Shown here piece by piece: positions 16,847 through 25,724 of a stretch of DNA of 64,000 nt. Source of the DNA: Candidatus Latescibacterota bacterium (GTDB lineage Bacteria > Latescibacterota > UBA2968 > UBA8231); assembly GCA_965261395.1 (NCBI GenBank), contig OZ253462.1:4960001-5024000 (forward strand). Reading direction: 5' to 3'. Within the stretch, counting starts at the first letter, position 1. The number at the start of each line of letters is the position of its first letter. The notes under the pieces are model-generated. The model was not told where the DNA came from, searched no databases, and worked only from the letters and a program-made list of their open reading frames with translations. The position numbers were made by a program, and so were the translations under genes.

Positions 16847-19822
16847 TTACTCACCTCCAAGTCCCCGTTTCGCTTCTGTCTGCGAAACGGGGACTTTCTT
16901 TTTGACGAGCTTTTCGCGGGCTAAGCGCAACTGATCCGCCACTCGAGGATAGCGAGGATCCAACCGCAGTACGGCCTCCCACTCGCGAATGGCCGCTGCG
17001 TACTGCCCCTGTGCGGCATACACCTGTGCCAGAGCGTCGCGAGCCTCGACTAGAGTGGGATCGACATTCAGGACCATCTTGAAGGCCTCCACGGCCTGAT
17101 CCAAGTCGCCCCGTTGGGCATAGGCCATACCTAATTTAGTCCGCACTGCCTGCATACCTGACTGCAACACCAGAGCCCGATGATAGGCGGCGATAGCCCG
17201 TTCATAGTTGCGGAGCTGGTGATAGGCCTGGCCCAGATCGGCAAAGGCCCCCACCATATCCGGCTGTAGCTCGCAGGCTCGTTCATAGGCCTCAATCGCG
17301 GCTTGCAATTCGTTCTTGTAGTGCAGTGCGGCACCCAAGCCGTAATGAGCCGGCGCATAGCTAGAATCGATGGCGATGACCTGACGAAAAGTGGTAAGGG
17401 CCTCCTCAATGCGCCCCTGGGCCATGTAGGCTTCGCCCAACAGATGGCGAGATTCGATATCGCCTGGGAAGGCGACTAGGTTCTCCAGATGGCGCTGCAC
17501 TTTGTCTTGTACAGGCCGCAACTGCGCGAAAATTTGCCGCTGCCGCGCGGCCGCCTGCTCCCTCCCCTGGCGCTCATAGATACGGGCTAAATTCAGGTGT
17601 GGATGCGGCTGCCACGGTGCCTGGCGCACTGCGTGCTCAAAGGCCGAGATCGCCGCCGTCAGATTTTCACTGCGGAGCTGGGCCAGTCCCAGTCGGTTAT
17701 AGTTCTCCCACTCAGGGTCCAGTGCCACAGCGCGCTCAAGTAACTGAATGGCCCTGTCTTTGCGGTTGAGGTCCATATAGACCACTCCCAAAAGCGGATA
17801 GACCTGTGCCCACGACGAATCGCGGGCCACCACCTCTTCCAAAACCGCCGCTGCCTCCTCGGCTCGGCCCAACCCCGAATAGAGTGCAATACCCAAGGAG
17901 TAGTAGGTTTTGAGATCATCCGGCTCCATGCGGATAGACGTTTTTAAGGCGTCAATCGCCTCCTCGTAGCGCCCCTGTCTGTACCGTTCGATTCCCACTT
18001 TATAGTGGTCTGCGGCAGTCTGGTCGTCCCCTGCTGCGTAGTGGGGGACAGCCGGCTGGCTGGCTATTTGGACTGGCTGCTCACGTGCTATCAAGTCCTC
18101 TGTATCCGCCGGCCCGACATAACTAGAAACTATGCCCTCTTCCCCTTCCTGCACCACCAAGTAGCGCCGAGTCTCCGGTCGCTCCAATACCTGCACCCGG
18201 CCACTAGGCCAACGGATCTCTACGCTCTCCACTTCCTCGGCCGCTCCCAACCCGAAGAGCACCCGGCCGTCGCTTTGCGATAAGTACCCGACTCCGCGCT
18301 GTACTTCTCGCATCTGCTGTCCATTATCCGCAAAAAGTGCGACCCGTGCCCCCTGTGCATCGCGGTTGCTCTCCGTGCCCACCAGCTCTAGCCCCAGCCA
18401 ATTGCTACGGCTCCCGCCGCGATTGTGCAAAAGAGTCGGCGCGTCGTTCAGGTTCATTACCAGTAGGTCCAGATCGCCGTCATTATCGTAGTCGCCCAGT
18501 GCCCCGCCGCGACTGACCTTTTCTTCGGCAAAGCCCCGCCCAACCATAGCCCCTACTTCGACAAACGTCCCACCCGCATTCTGGTAGAGCAAGTTTCGCT
18601 GAGCGTAGCGCAGTCCCGAAGGATGCTGGGCGACTTGGGGGTAGATGTGCCCGTTGACCGCGAACAGGTCCAGCCAGCCATCGTTGTCGTAGTCGAAAAA
18701 GCCCGTGCTCCAGCCTAGGTAGGGCCGCACCTCACCTCCCAACCCTGTCGCCGCAGTGAAATCGACGAAGTTGCCGTCTCCCTGATTCTGATACAGCGTG
18801 TTGACGTCGTCCGAAAAGTGGGTCATGTACAGATCCAGATCGCCATCGTTGTCGTAGTCGCCGGCCGCCGCACCCATGCCGGCCTGCGCCCGTCCATCCT
18901 CGCTGTAAGCCGCCCCAGCAAAGGCCGCCACTTCCGCCAGTTGCCAATGTCCGTCGTTGCGATAGAGCAGGTTGGGGTAGCCGTCGTTGGCCACATAGAG
19001 GTCCTGGTCACCGTCGTTGTCGCTGTCGAAAAAAACCACCCCCAAGGATGCCTGCTTGTCTGAGTCAATCCCCGTCGTCTGGCTCATATCCGCAAAGCCG
19101 AACCCGCCCTCGTTGCGGTAGAGCACGTTGGCCTGGGGCACCATGCCGTGCGGACCGCAATAGACGTCCAGCCCCTTGAAGCCACTACAGAGCTGGCCGC
19201 CGCCGGGTGGGTTTTCCAAGTCGAAGACCAAATAGTTAGCCGCGTATAGATCCAAGAATCCGTCCGCATCCACGTCTCCAAACGCCGCGCTGGTCCCCCA
19301 GCCTCCGTCCTCCACCCCCAACTCGACCACGACAAACCTGCCCCCGTCGTTGCGATAGAGCACATTGGGGCCCCAATAGGTGATGTACAGGTCCACATCG
19401 CCATCGTTGTCGTAATCCCCCACTGCGCACCCCATTCCCCAACCCGTCCGCCGCAGATCAGCCTCGTCGGTTTTGTCTTGGAAGATGCGCCCATTGGCTC
19501 CTTCGGTGTTGCGGTAGAGCCGATTGGTGGGATTCAAAGAATCGGCCTCCACCTGCGTACTATTGACCAAGAATAGATCGAGATACCCATCGCCATCGTA
19601 GTCGAAAAAGGCGGCACCCGACGACATCGATTCGAGAATATAGTGCTGCTCTGCGCTACCGGAGACCTGGCGAAAATCGAGACCGACGGCCTCGGTCACA
19701 TCGACGAACTGCACTCCGGGAATCACCGTTTCGACTTCTGCTTCTGGCTCGCATCCTACTCCCAACATCAGGCTTACAAGCCCAATGCCGGCGATCCATC
19801 TACGTATCAGTTTCATTACCAT
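16847..19822 (-). CDS. CRTAC1-family protein (FG-GAP repeats + ASPIC/UnbV) fused to C-terminal TPR repeats; lipoprotein-like
   Basis: Repeated DYDNDGDxDL motifs; SNRDAQGARV...GYLSQSD...FGLG...IRWPSG ASPIC/UnbV motif; TPR array; LGVGC lipobox. Confidence 0.85.
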   Translation of the reverse strand: MVMKLIRRWIAGIGLVSLMLGVGCEPEAEVETVIPGVQFVDVTEAVGLDFRQVSGSAEQHYILESMSSGAAFFDYDGDGYLDLFLVNSTQVEADSLNPTNRLYRNTEGANGRIFQDKTDEADLRRTGWGMGCAVGDYDNDGDVDLYITYWGPNVLYRNDGGRFVVVELGVEDGGWGTSAAFGDVDADGFLDLYAANYLVFDLENPPGGGQLCSGFKGLDVYCGPHGMVPQANVLYRNEGGFGFADMSQTTGIDSDKQASLGVVFFDSDNDGDQDLYVANDGYPNLLYRNDGHWQLAEVAAFAGAAYSEDGRAQAGMGAAAGDYDNDGDLDLYMTHFSDDVNTLYQNQGDGNFVDFTAATGLGGEVRPYLGWSTGFFDYDNDGWLDLFAVNGHIYPQVAQHPSGLRYAQRNLLYQNAGGTFVEVGAMVGRGFAEEKVSRGGALGDYDNDGDLDLLVMNLNDAPTLLHNRGGSRSNWLGLELVGTESNRDAQGARVALFADNGQQMREVQRGVGYLSQSDGRVLFGLGAAEEVESVEIRWPSGRVQVLERPETRRYLVVQEGEEGIVSSYVGPADTEDLIAREQPVQIASQPAVPHYAAGDDQTAADHYKVGIERYRQGRYEEAIDALKTSIRMEPDDLKTYYSLGIALYSGLGRAEEAAAVLEEVVARDSSWAQVYPLLGVVYMDLNRKDRAIQLLERAVALDPEWENYNRLGLAQLRSENLTAAISAFEHAVRQAPWQPHPHLNLARIYERQGREQAAARQRQIFAQLRPVQDKVQRHLENLVAFPGDIESRHLLGEAYMAQGRIEEALTTFRQVIAIDSSYAPAHYGLGAALHYKNELQAAIEAYERACELQPDMVGAFADLGQAYHQLRNYERAIAAYHRALVLQSGMQAVRTKLGMAYAQRGDLDQAVEAFKMVLNVDPTLVEARDALAQVYAAQGQYAAAIREWEAVLRLDPRYPRVADQLRLAREKLVKKKVPVSQTEAKRGLGGE
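16859..16903 (+). terminator. Intrinsic terminator for 15942..16829, lying inside the 3' end of the convergent CDS
   Basis: aagtccccgtttcgc-loop-gcgaaacggggactt followed by tcttttt. Confidence 0.75.
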
Positions 19823-19982
19823 AGCGGCTTCTGCGGCTTCTATAGTCTGTAATTAGAGGAAGTGGCTCTGGTCACTGCCCAAAATACGCAATAACGTGCA
19901 AAAATAAACCCATCGTCTGTCATTGCGATTGACCGTATATTTTTTGTAGAAAACAGGCATCTACCCAAACACCGAATAACTC

Positions 19983-22196
19983 ATGCGAAATCCCCTAGGC
20001 TTCCTTGCCCTCAACCCCCTATATGCGATGGTCCTGGCCCTCGCATCAGCCCTCGCTCCGCCGACCTTCGCCGACGTACGATTGCCCAAGATATTTGGCG
20101 ATCACATGGTATTGCAGCGCGATAGCCCCCTGCCCGTCTGGGGTTGGGCTGAGCCTGGGGAACAGGTCAGCGTCGAATTTCTCGACCAAGTCACCAGTAC
20201 CAGCGCCAATGCTCAAGGCGAGTGGAAGGTAGAATTGCCACCAACCAAAGCCGGTGGCCCCCATGCGCTGACAGTAACAGGCACCAACAGCATTGAATTG
20301 CAGGACGTGCTCGTCGGCGAGGTGTGGCTCTGCTCGGGGCAATCGAATATGGAAATGGGCGTCGGGCTCTGCCTCAACCCAGAAGCGGAAATCGCCGCCG
20401 CCGACCATCCACAGCTCCGTCTCTTCCAGATTTCCAAGAAACTCAACGCTGAACCGCAAAAGGATGTCGAGGCCGACTGGACCCGCTGTACCCCGGAGAC
20501 CATTGCCAAGGGTGGCTGGGGCGGGTTTTCGGCTACTGCCTATTATTTTGGTCGCCACTTGCAGCACGAGCTCGACGTGCCCATCGGCCTAATTCAGGCA
20601 GCTTGGGGCGGCACCCGCATTGAACCCTGGATCCCGCCCGCCGGTTTTGCCGCAGTACCCGCGGTGAGCGATATCTACGAGCAGCTACAACTGCAAAATC
20701 CACGCAGCGACCAGTACAAAGAGCGCCTAGACACGGTATTGGACGAAGTCGAAGACTGGCTCCGCGCGGCCCGCACGGCGCGACAAAGCGAAGCACCAGT
20801 AGCGGAAATGCCGACCTATCCCCTCGAACTCCTGCCGCCAAACGGCCCGCAGCAACCCGCCGTGCTCTACAACGCCATGATCCACCCCCTCGTCCCATTT
20901 GCCTTGCGCGGTGCCATCTGGTACCAAGGCGAGTCCAACCACACCGAAGGCATGCTCTATACCGAGAAAATGAAGGCGCTCATTGAGGGCTGGCGCAGCC
21001 TTTGGCCGGGCGGGGCGTTCCCGTTCTACTATGTGCAGATCGCCCCCTTCGCCTATGGCGGCGAACCACCCAGCCTACTACCCAAATTCTGGGAAGCGCA
21101 AACGGCCGCGCTGGCAATTCCCCACACCGGCATGGCTGTCATCCACGATGTCGGCGATCTCGGCGATATTCACCCCAAAAACAAGCAGGAGGTCGGGCGG
21201 CGCTTGGCACTAATGGCATTGGCCAAGACCTATGGCCAAGAGCTGATCTACTCAGGTCCACTCTACCGCTCACTGCGGATCAAAGACGACAAAATCTATT
21301 TGCGCTTTTACCACAGCAGCGGCCTGAAGACGCGCGACGGTGCTCCGCCGGATCATTTTACAGTGATCGACCAAGAACGCGGCGGATTCGTCAACGCAAG
21401 GGCCGCAATAGTTGGAGATGAAATCGTCGTCTCGGCACCGGGAGTCGCAAACCCAATCGCGGTGCGCTTTGCTTGGCACAAGCTGGCCGAACCCAACCTG
21501 ATCAACGCCGCCGGCCTACCCGCCGCCCCATTCCGCGCTGGCACCGTGCCCCAACGCGATCTGCTCGAAATGGAAGTGCCCGAAGCGGGCGACTATAGCC
21601 TCGTTTACGACCTCGATCTGGCCAATCTCGGCGTGGATATCCACTACGACGTCGACAATAGTGCCGCGATCACCGCGCCTTTTGACCGCATCGCCTATTT
21701 TGTGGAATTGCAACCCAGCGATGGCGAAATGCGCTTTCTATACGTTTCGCTGGATGCCTTTACCGACGATCTCAAAATGATTGGCGTGCCGACCTTAGTC
21801 TCGGGTGCCCACTTCCAACAACCCGGCACCCGAATAAACGTCTGGTCCAACACGGGCGTGCAAAACGGCATCGGCCTGGAAGGAGGCCGCATCGAATTCT
21901 GGCCCAACAACTACACCCCAGCCAACGCTGCTGCCGTGCCCGGCGCCTCTCAGCAGAGCTACGACTTTGGCGACCAACCAATAGACCCCGCCGATGGCTA
22001 TGGCAGTATGCAGCTACACAACGCCACGGCTGAACAGACGCTCTTTGCCATCAACCACTGGCGCCGAGGCGAGCGCACTGATATCGGCATTGGCAATCGG
22101 GCTGAGAAAAACTCCGATTGGACTTTTGCCGGCAATGCCCAGAGCTACTCTGCCAAAAGACTGAGAGTACTGGTGCGGAATCTCGATAGACGATGA
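19983..22196 (+). CDS. Sialate O-acetylesterase (SASA, SGNH hydrolase) with extra C-terminal domain
   Basis: GEVWLCSGQSNM, IWYQGESN and DIHP motifs; signal peptide. Confidence 0.85.
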   Translation: MRNPLGFLALNPLYAMVLALASALAPPTFADVRLPKIFGDHMVLQRDSPLPVWGWAEPGEQVSVEFLDQVTSTSANAQGEWKVELPPTKAGGPHALTVTGTNSIELQDVLVGEVWLCSGQSNMEMGVGLCLNPEAEIAAADHPQLRLFQISKKLNAEPQKDVEADWTRCTPETIAKGGWGGFSATAYYFGRHLQHELDVPIGLIQAAWGGTRIEPWIPPAGFAAVPAVSDIYEQLQLQNPRSDQYKERLDTVLDEVEDWLRAARTARQSEAPVAEMPTYPLELLPPNGPQQPAVLYNAMIHPLVPFALRGAIWYQGESNHTEGMLYTEKMKALIEGWRSLWPGGAFPFYYVQIAPFAYGGEPPSLLPKFWEAQTAALAIPHTGMAVIHDVGDLGDIHPKNKQEVGRRLALMALAKTYGQELIYSGPLYRSLRIKDDKIYLRFYHSSGLKTRDGAPPDHFTVIDQERGGFVNARAAIVGDEIVVSAPGVANPIAVRFAWHKLAEPNLINAAGLPAAPFRAGTVPQRDLLEMEVPEAGDYSLVYDLDLANLGVDIHYDVDNSAAITAPFDRIAYFVELQPSDGEMRFLYVSLDAFTDDLKMIGVPTLVSGAHFQQPGTRINVWSNTGVQNGIGLEGGRIEFWPNNYTPANAAAVPGASQQSYDFGDQPIDPADGYGSMQLHNATAEQTLFAINHWRRGERTDIGIGNRAEKNSDWTFAGNAQSYSAKRLRVLVRNLDRR

Positions 22197-22392
22197 CTCC
22201 CAAGCGTGAGGACGACAGGAATTGACCAAGAACGAGGGAGGCGATACCTTAAAAAGCTTTAGCTTCTTGGACGAGATCACAGCGATTTTCTTACCGGTGA
22301 ATCGCTCCCCCATCCATTAAGAAGCCTATCTTCATTCAATTCATGCAACAACGCCCATCCCAATCACCAATTCACCCAAATACGGAATTCCA

Positions 22393-23421
22393 ATGAACAT
22401 CCCTGGTACGGACCGTCCCTTCGTCGTCATCGGCGAAAACATCCACACCACCCGCGTCATCTTGCGCAAGGGCAAGCTCATCGGCGCAGACCCCCAAGGC
22501 ATCGAATCGGTGCGCTTCCGCGACGCCAACAACAAGCGCCGTTTCCTCCAAATTCCCGCAGCAGTCAAAACGACCCAAGACTACGAGGAAGGCCGCGTCA
22601 AACACCTCAAGATCGCCGTGCAACAAGCCATGCTCGGCAACGTGGATGCCCTCGACTATATCCGCCGCCAAGTACAGCGCCAAGAAGCGGCCGGCACCGA
22701 TTTCCTCGACCTCAATGTCGATGAGATATCCCTCAAGCCCGCAGAGCGGCAAGAGGCCATGCGCTGGTTGGTGCAGGCGGTATCGGCCATGTCGCAGACG
22801 CCTCTGGCCATCGACTCCTCCCAGCTAGATACCCTCGCCGTCGGCCTCGAAGCTGGTGCCGACCTCCCCCAGCGCCTACTGCTCAACTCCGCGTCTTTAG
22901 AGCGGCCCGAAGCCCTAGAGCTGGCCAAACAATACAACGCCCAAGTCATCATCACCGCGGCGGGCGAGTCCGGCATGCCGCAAAGCGCCGAGGAACGAAT
23001 TGACCACGCTCGGCGCATGGTCGATAAGGCACAGGCACTGGATCTGCCGCTTGCTGACCTCTACATCGACCCCCTGATCTTTCCCATCTCGGTTGACGCT
23101 CAATTCGGCCACCACGCCTTTGACGCCATCCGCCAACTGCGCGGCGAGCTAGGTGCCGACATTCACATCACCGGTGGCTTCTCCAACGTCTCCTTCGGTC
23201 TGCCCTGCCGCCACCTGATCAACGATGCCTTCCTGCTGCTGGCCGTCGAGGCCGGTGCCGACAGCGCGATCATGGATCCGACCACCACCTTCCTAGCCGA
23301 CATCTTTGCCACCGATCGCCAAGCCCGCCCCTACCAACTAGCCGAGGATATGCTACTAGGCCGAGACGAGTACTGCGCCGCCTTCCTCCGCGCCTATCGC
23401 AAGGGCGAACTCGCCGCCTAG
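22393..23421 (+). CDS. Pterin-binding methyltetrahydrofolate:corrinoid methyltransferase (stand-alone MetH folate module / AcsE-like)
   Basis: VIGENIH, LDLNVD, PLAIDS, LLNS, YIDPL, GFSNVSFGLP and DSAIMDP motifs. Confidence 0.85.
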   Translation: MNIPGTDRPFVVIGENIHTTRVILRKGKLIGADPQGIESVRFRDANNKRRFLQIPAAVKTTQDYEEGRVKHLKIAVQQAMLGNVDALDYIRRQVQRQEAAGTDFLDLNVDEISLKPAERQEAMRWLVQAVSAMSQTPLAIDSSQLDTLAVGLEAGADLPQRLLLNSASLERPEALELAKQYNAQVIITAAGESGMPQSAEERIDHARRMVDKAQALDLPLADLYIDPLIFPISVDAQFGHHAFDAIRQLRGELGADIHITGGFSNVSFGLPCRHLINDAFLLLAVEAGADSAIMDPTTTFLADIFATDRQARPYQLAEDMLLGRDEYCAAFLRAYRKGELAA

Positions 23422-23523
23422 CGCGTTGGTCATTGTTGTCCTTATCCCGTAGATTAAAAATTGAGTTTAGGACGGGATTTGTTGCCGTCGGCCTGCAGAT
23501 CGCCAACGGAAAGGAGGGTCGAT

Positions 23524-24441
23524 ATGCGGAAAAACAAAATCTGTACCTTTGCTGCTCTGCTGTCTTTGACCCTCACCGCTTGCAGCAAAGAAATATCCCA
23601 TACCGAGTTGGTCGCCGATTTAAGCAAAGATCACATCGTCCACACGTTGGGCGGCCAACGCCCAGCCCTCTTGGTCCTCCCAGCCGATCACGACCCCGAA
23701 ACGCCTCTTCCGCTAGTACTCATCCTGCACGGCTTCACCAGCCATTCAGCCCAGCACGACCGCTATTTCGGCCTCTCGCAGCGGGTGAACGACGATCGCT
23801 TCGCCCTCATTATGGCCAATGGCACGCGCGATCCCGATGACAATCGCTTTTGGAACGCCACGGATTTCTGCTGCGACCTCCACAACACCCAAGTCGATGA
23901 CGTGACATACCTTTCCGGGCTACTCGAAGAGGCCGCCACGCATATCGCCGTAGAGCGCATCTTCGCCTTCGGGCACTCCAACGGCGGCTTCATGTCCTAC
24001 CGACTCGCCTGCGAAGGGATCCCAAAGCTAGCCGCCATTGCCAGCCTCGCCGGTACTTCCTTTAGCGACCCTTCCCGTTGTGCCTTCGCATCCCCGGTCT
24101 CGGTGCTACAAATCCACGGCACAGCCGACGAGACCGTGGCCTACGACGGAAGCGCGGGGGAGCAGGAGTACGCGGGCGCAGAAGAAGTCGCGCTGCGCTG
24201 GGCCGCACTCGCCCGCTGCGACCTCACCGATCCAGAAACCCTCCCACCGCTCGACCTCGACCAAGACCTCGACGGCCCCGAAACCGTCCGCACCCGCTAC
24301 CGCACGGGCTGCCGCAACGACGTCACCATCGAGTTGTGGACCATAGAGCAAGGCTCGCACGTACCGCGCTTTGTGCCGGACTTTGGCCAACGCTTGCTCG
24401 AATGGCTGTTCAGCGCCTCCCGTACCGACACCCTGTCCTAG
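23524..24441 (+). CDS. Alpha/beta-hydrolase esterase (PHB depolymerase/LpqP-like), lipoprotein
   Basis: SD AAGGAGG; lipobox LTAC; LHG oxyanion motif; GHSNGG nucleophile; HGTAD; GSH. Confidence 0.8.
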   Translation: MRKNKICTFAALLSLTLTACSKEISHTELVADLSKDHIVHTLGGQRPALLVLPADHDPETPLPLVLILHGFTSHSAQHDRYFGLSQRVNDDRFALIMANGTRDPDDNRFWNATDFCCDLHNTQVDDVTYLSGLLEEAATHIAVERIFAFGHSNGGFMSYRLACEGIPKLAAIASLAGTSFSDPSRCAFASPVSVLQIHGTADETVAYDGSAGEQEYAGAEEVALRWAALARCDLTDPETLPPLDLDQDLDGPETVRTRYRTGCRNDVTIELWTIEQGSHVPRFVPDFGQRLLEWLFSASRTDTLS

Positions 24442-24456
24442 ACGGAGACAAGCCCC

Positions 24457-25446
24457 GTGTCCCCTTTCCTCCAGCGTCTCGACGACCCGCGCCCCCTCTT
24501 GTACGACGGCGGCTTTGGTTCCCAGCTCTTCGCCCGCCAAATCGAGCTGACCAACTCCACCCTCGCCAACGAAAGCCATCCAGAAGCGGTCGTCGATATC
24601 CACGCCGACTACATCGCCGCGGGTGCCGACTGCATTGGCACCAACACCTTTGTTGCCTCCGAGCTGCATCTGGACATGGCCGGCAAAGACCCAGGTCAGG
24701 CCAGCGAACTGGCGCGGCGCGGGGCCGAGCTAGCACAGCGCGCCCGGGAACTCGGCGAGCGAAACGTCTTCATCGCTGGCTCCATCGGCCCCTCCCCCGG
24801 GGCCATCGAAGCCGACGCGGGCAGTACGGATTTCGGCATTGCCAACGACAAGGTCCGCGCCGCGCATCAGCGCATCAGCGACGCGCTCTACGAAGGTGGG
24901 GTCGATTTTTTCTCCGTTGAGACCCAGTTTTCAGCCGTCGAAGCGGCCATGATCTGCGACATTGCCCGCCAGAGTGGCCTGCCCATTGCCGTCAACCTCG
25001 CGCTTAAATACACTCGGGACCGCAAAACCAAGCAGATCGTCTATCGCACCGATTGGGGGCACTCGGCCGCCAACCTGTTGGACGTGCTCGCTTCGGGCCA
25101 ATACTCCGAAGGCGACAACCTCCTCGACCACGTCCACCTCGTCGGGGTCAACTGCGGCGCCGAAACCCGGCGCAGCGAGCACACCGGCATGCCATACGCC
25201 CTCCACGGCGTCGAGCAGTTTAAGGCCGCTATGCAGGAGCGCGGCCTCGCCAAGAAGCTGATGACCTATCCCAACGCCGGCATGCCTCGGCTCAACAGCG
25301 CCCTCCGCACCATCTACTCGCAAAGCCCCGAGGAAATGGCCGCGTATATCCCAGATTTAGCGACCGCTGGCGTCCAGATCATCGGCGGCTGCTGCGGCAC
25401 CACACCCGACCACATCCGCGCCTTTCGCCAAGCACTTGACTCATGA
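24457..25446 (+). CDS. Homocysteine S-methyltransferase family protein (stand-alone MetH homocysteine module)
   Basis: YDGGFGS, H..YIAAGAD..TNTF, AGSIGP, GVNC, YPNAG and IIGGCCGT (Zn ligands). Confidence 0.88.
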   Translation: MSPFLQRLDDPRPLLYDGGFGSQLFARQIELTNSTLANESHPEAVVDIHADYIAAGADCIGTNTFVASELHLDMAGKDPGQASELARRGAELAQRARELGERNVFIAGSIGPSPGAIEADAGSTDFGIANDKVRAAHQRISDALYEGGVDFFSVETQFSAVEAAMICDIARQSGLPIAVNLALKYTRDRKTKQIVYRTDWGHSAANLLDVLASGQYSEGDNLLDHVHLVGVNCGAETRRSEHTGMPYALHGVEQFKAAMQERGLAKKLMTYPNAGMPRLNSALRTIYSQSPEEMAAYIPDLATAGVQIIGGCCGTTPDHIRAFRQALDS

Positions 25447-25724
25447 TTCAATACCAAGTTCTCTACTGGCGCGACATTCCCGCGCAAATCAAGCTCTTTG
25501 TCGGCCGCCGGCCGCGCTCGCATACCTTGCCCGCCCGCTTCCAGCTCGCGATCGATCGCATCGCCATGCAGGAGGGCCTAGTGGGCACCGACGCCTATCT
25601 AGACCAGTGGCACTGGTCCGCAAAGCAAGAGCGCGCCGGCACACCCGAAGACGTGCTACAAACGATCTTGCGCGAAACCGAAGAGGAGGGCGACCGCATC
25701 CTCGCCGAGTATAAACGATCATGA
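25443..25724 (+). CDS. Small 'Virulence factor' family protein (Virulence_fact-like), usually found beside split methionine-synthase/MetF genes
   Basis: YWRDIPAQ...L..RF..AID..AM...TDAYL..W signature; ATGA overlaps with both neighbours. Confidence 0.75.
   Translation: MIQYQVLYWRDIPAQIKLFVGRRPRSHTLPARFQLAIDRIAMQEGLVGTDAYLDQWHWSAKQERAGTPEDVLQTILRETEEEGDRILAEYKRS

Noticed and set aside
22197-22392. Possible SAM, cobalamin or THF riboswitch upstream of the methyltransferase
   Set aside because: I could not see conserved riboswitch motifs by eye; an Rfam/Infernal scan would be needed.
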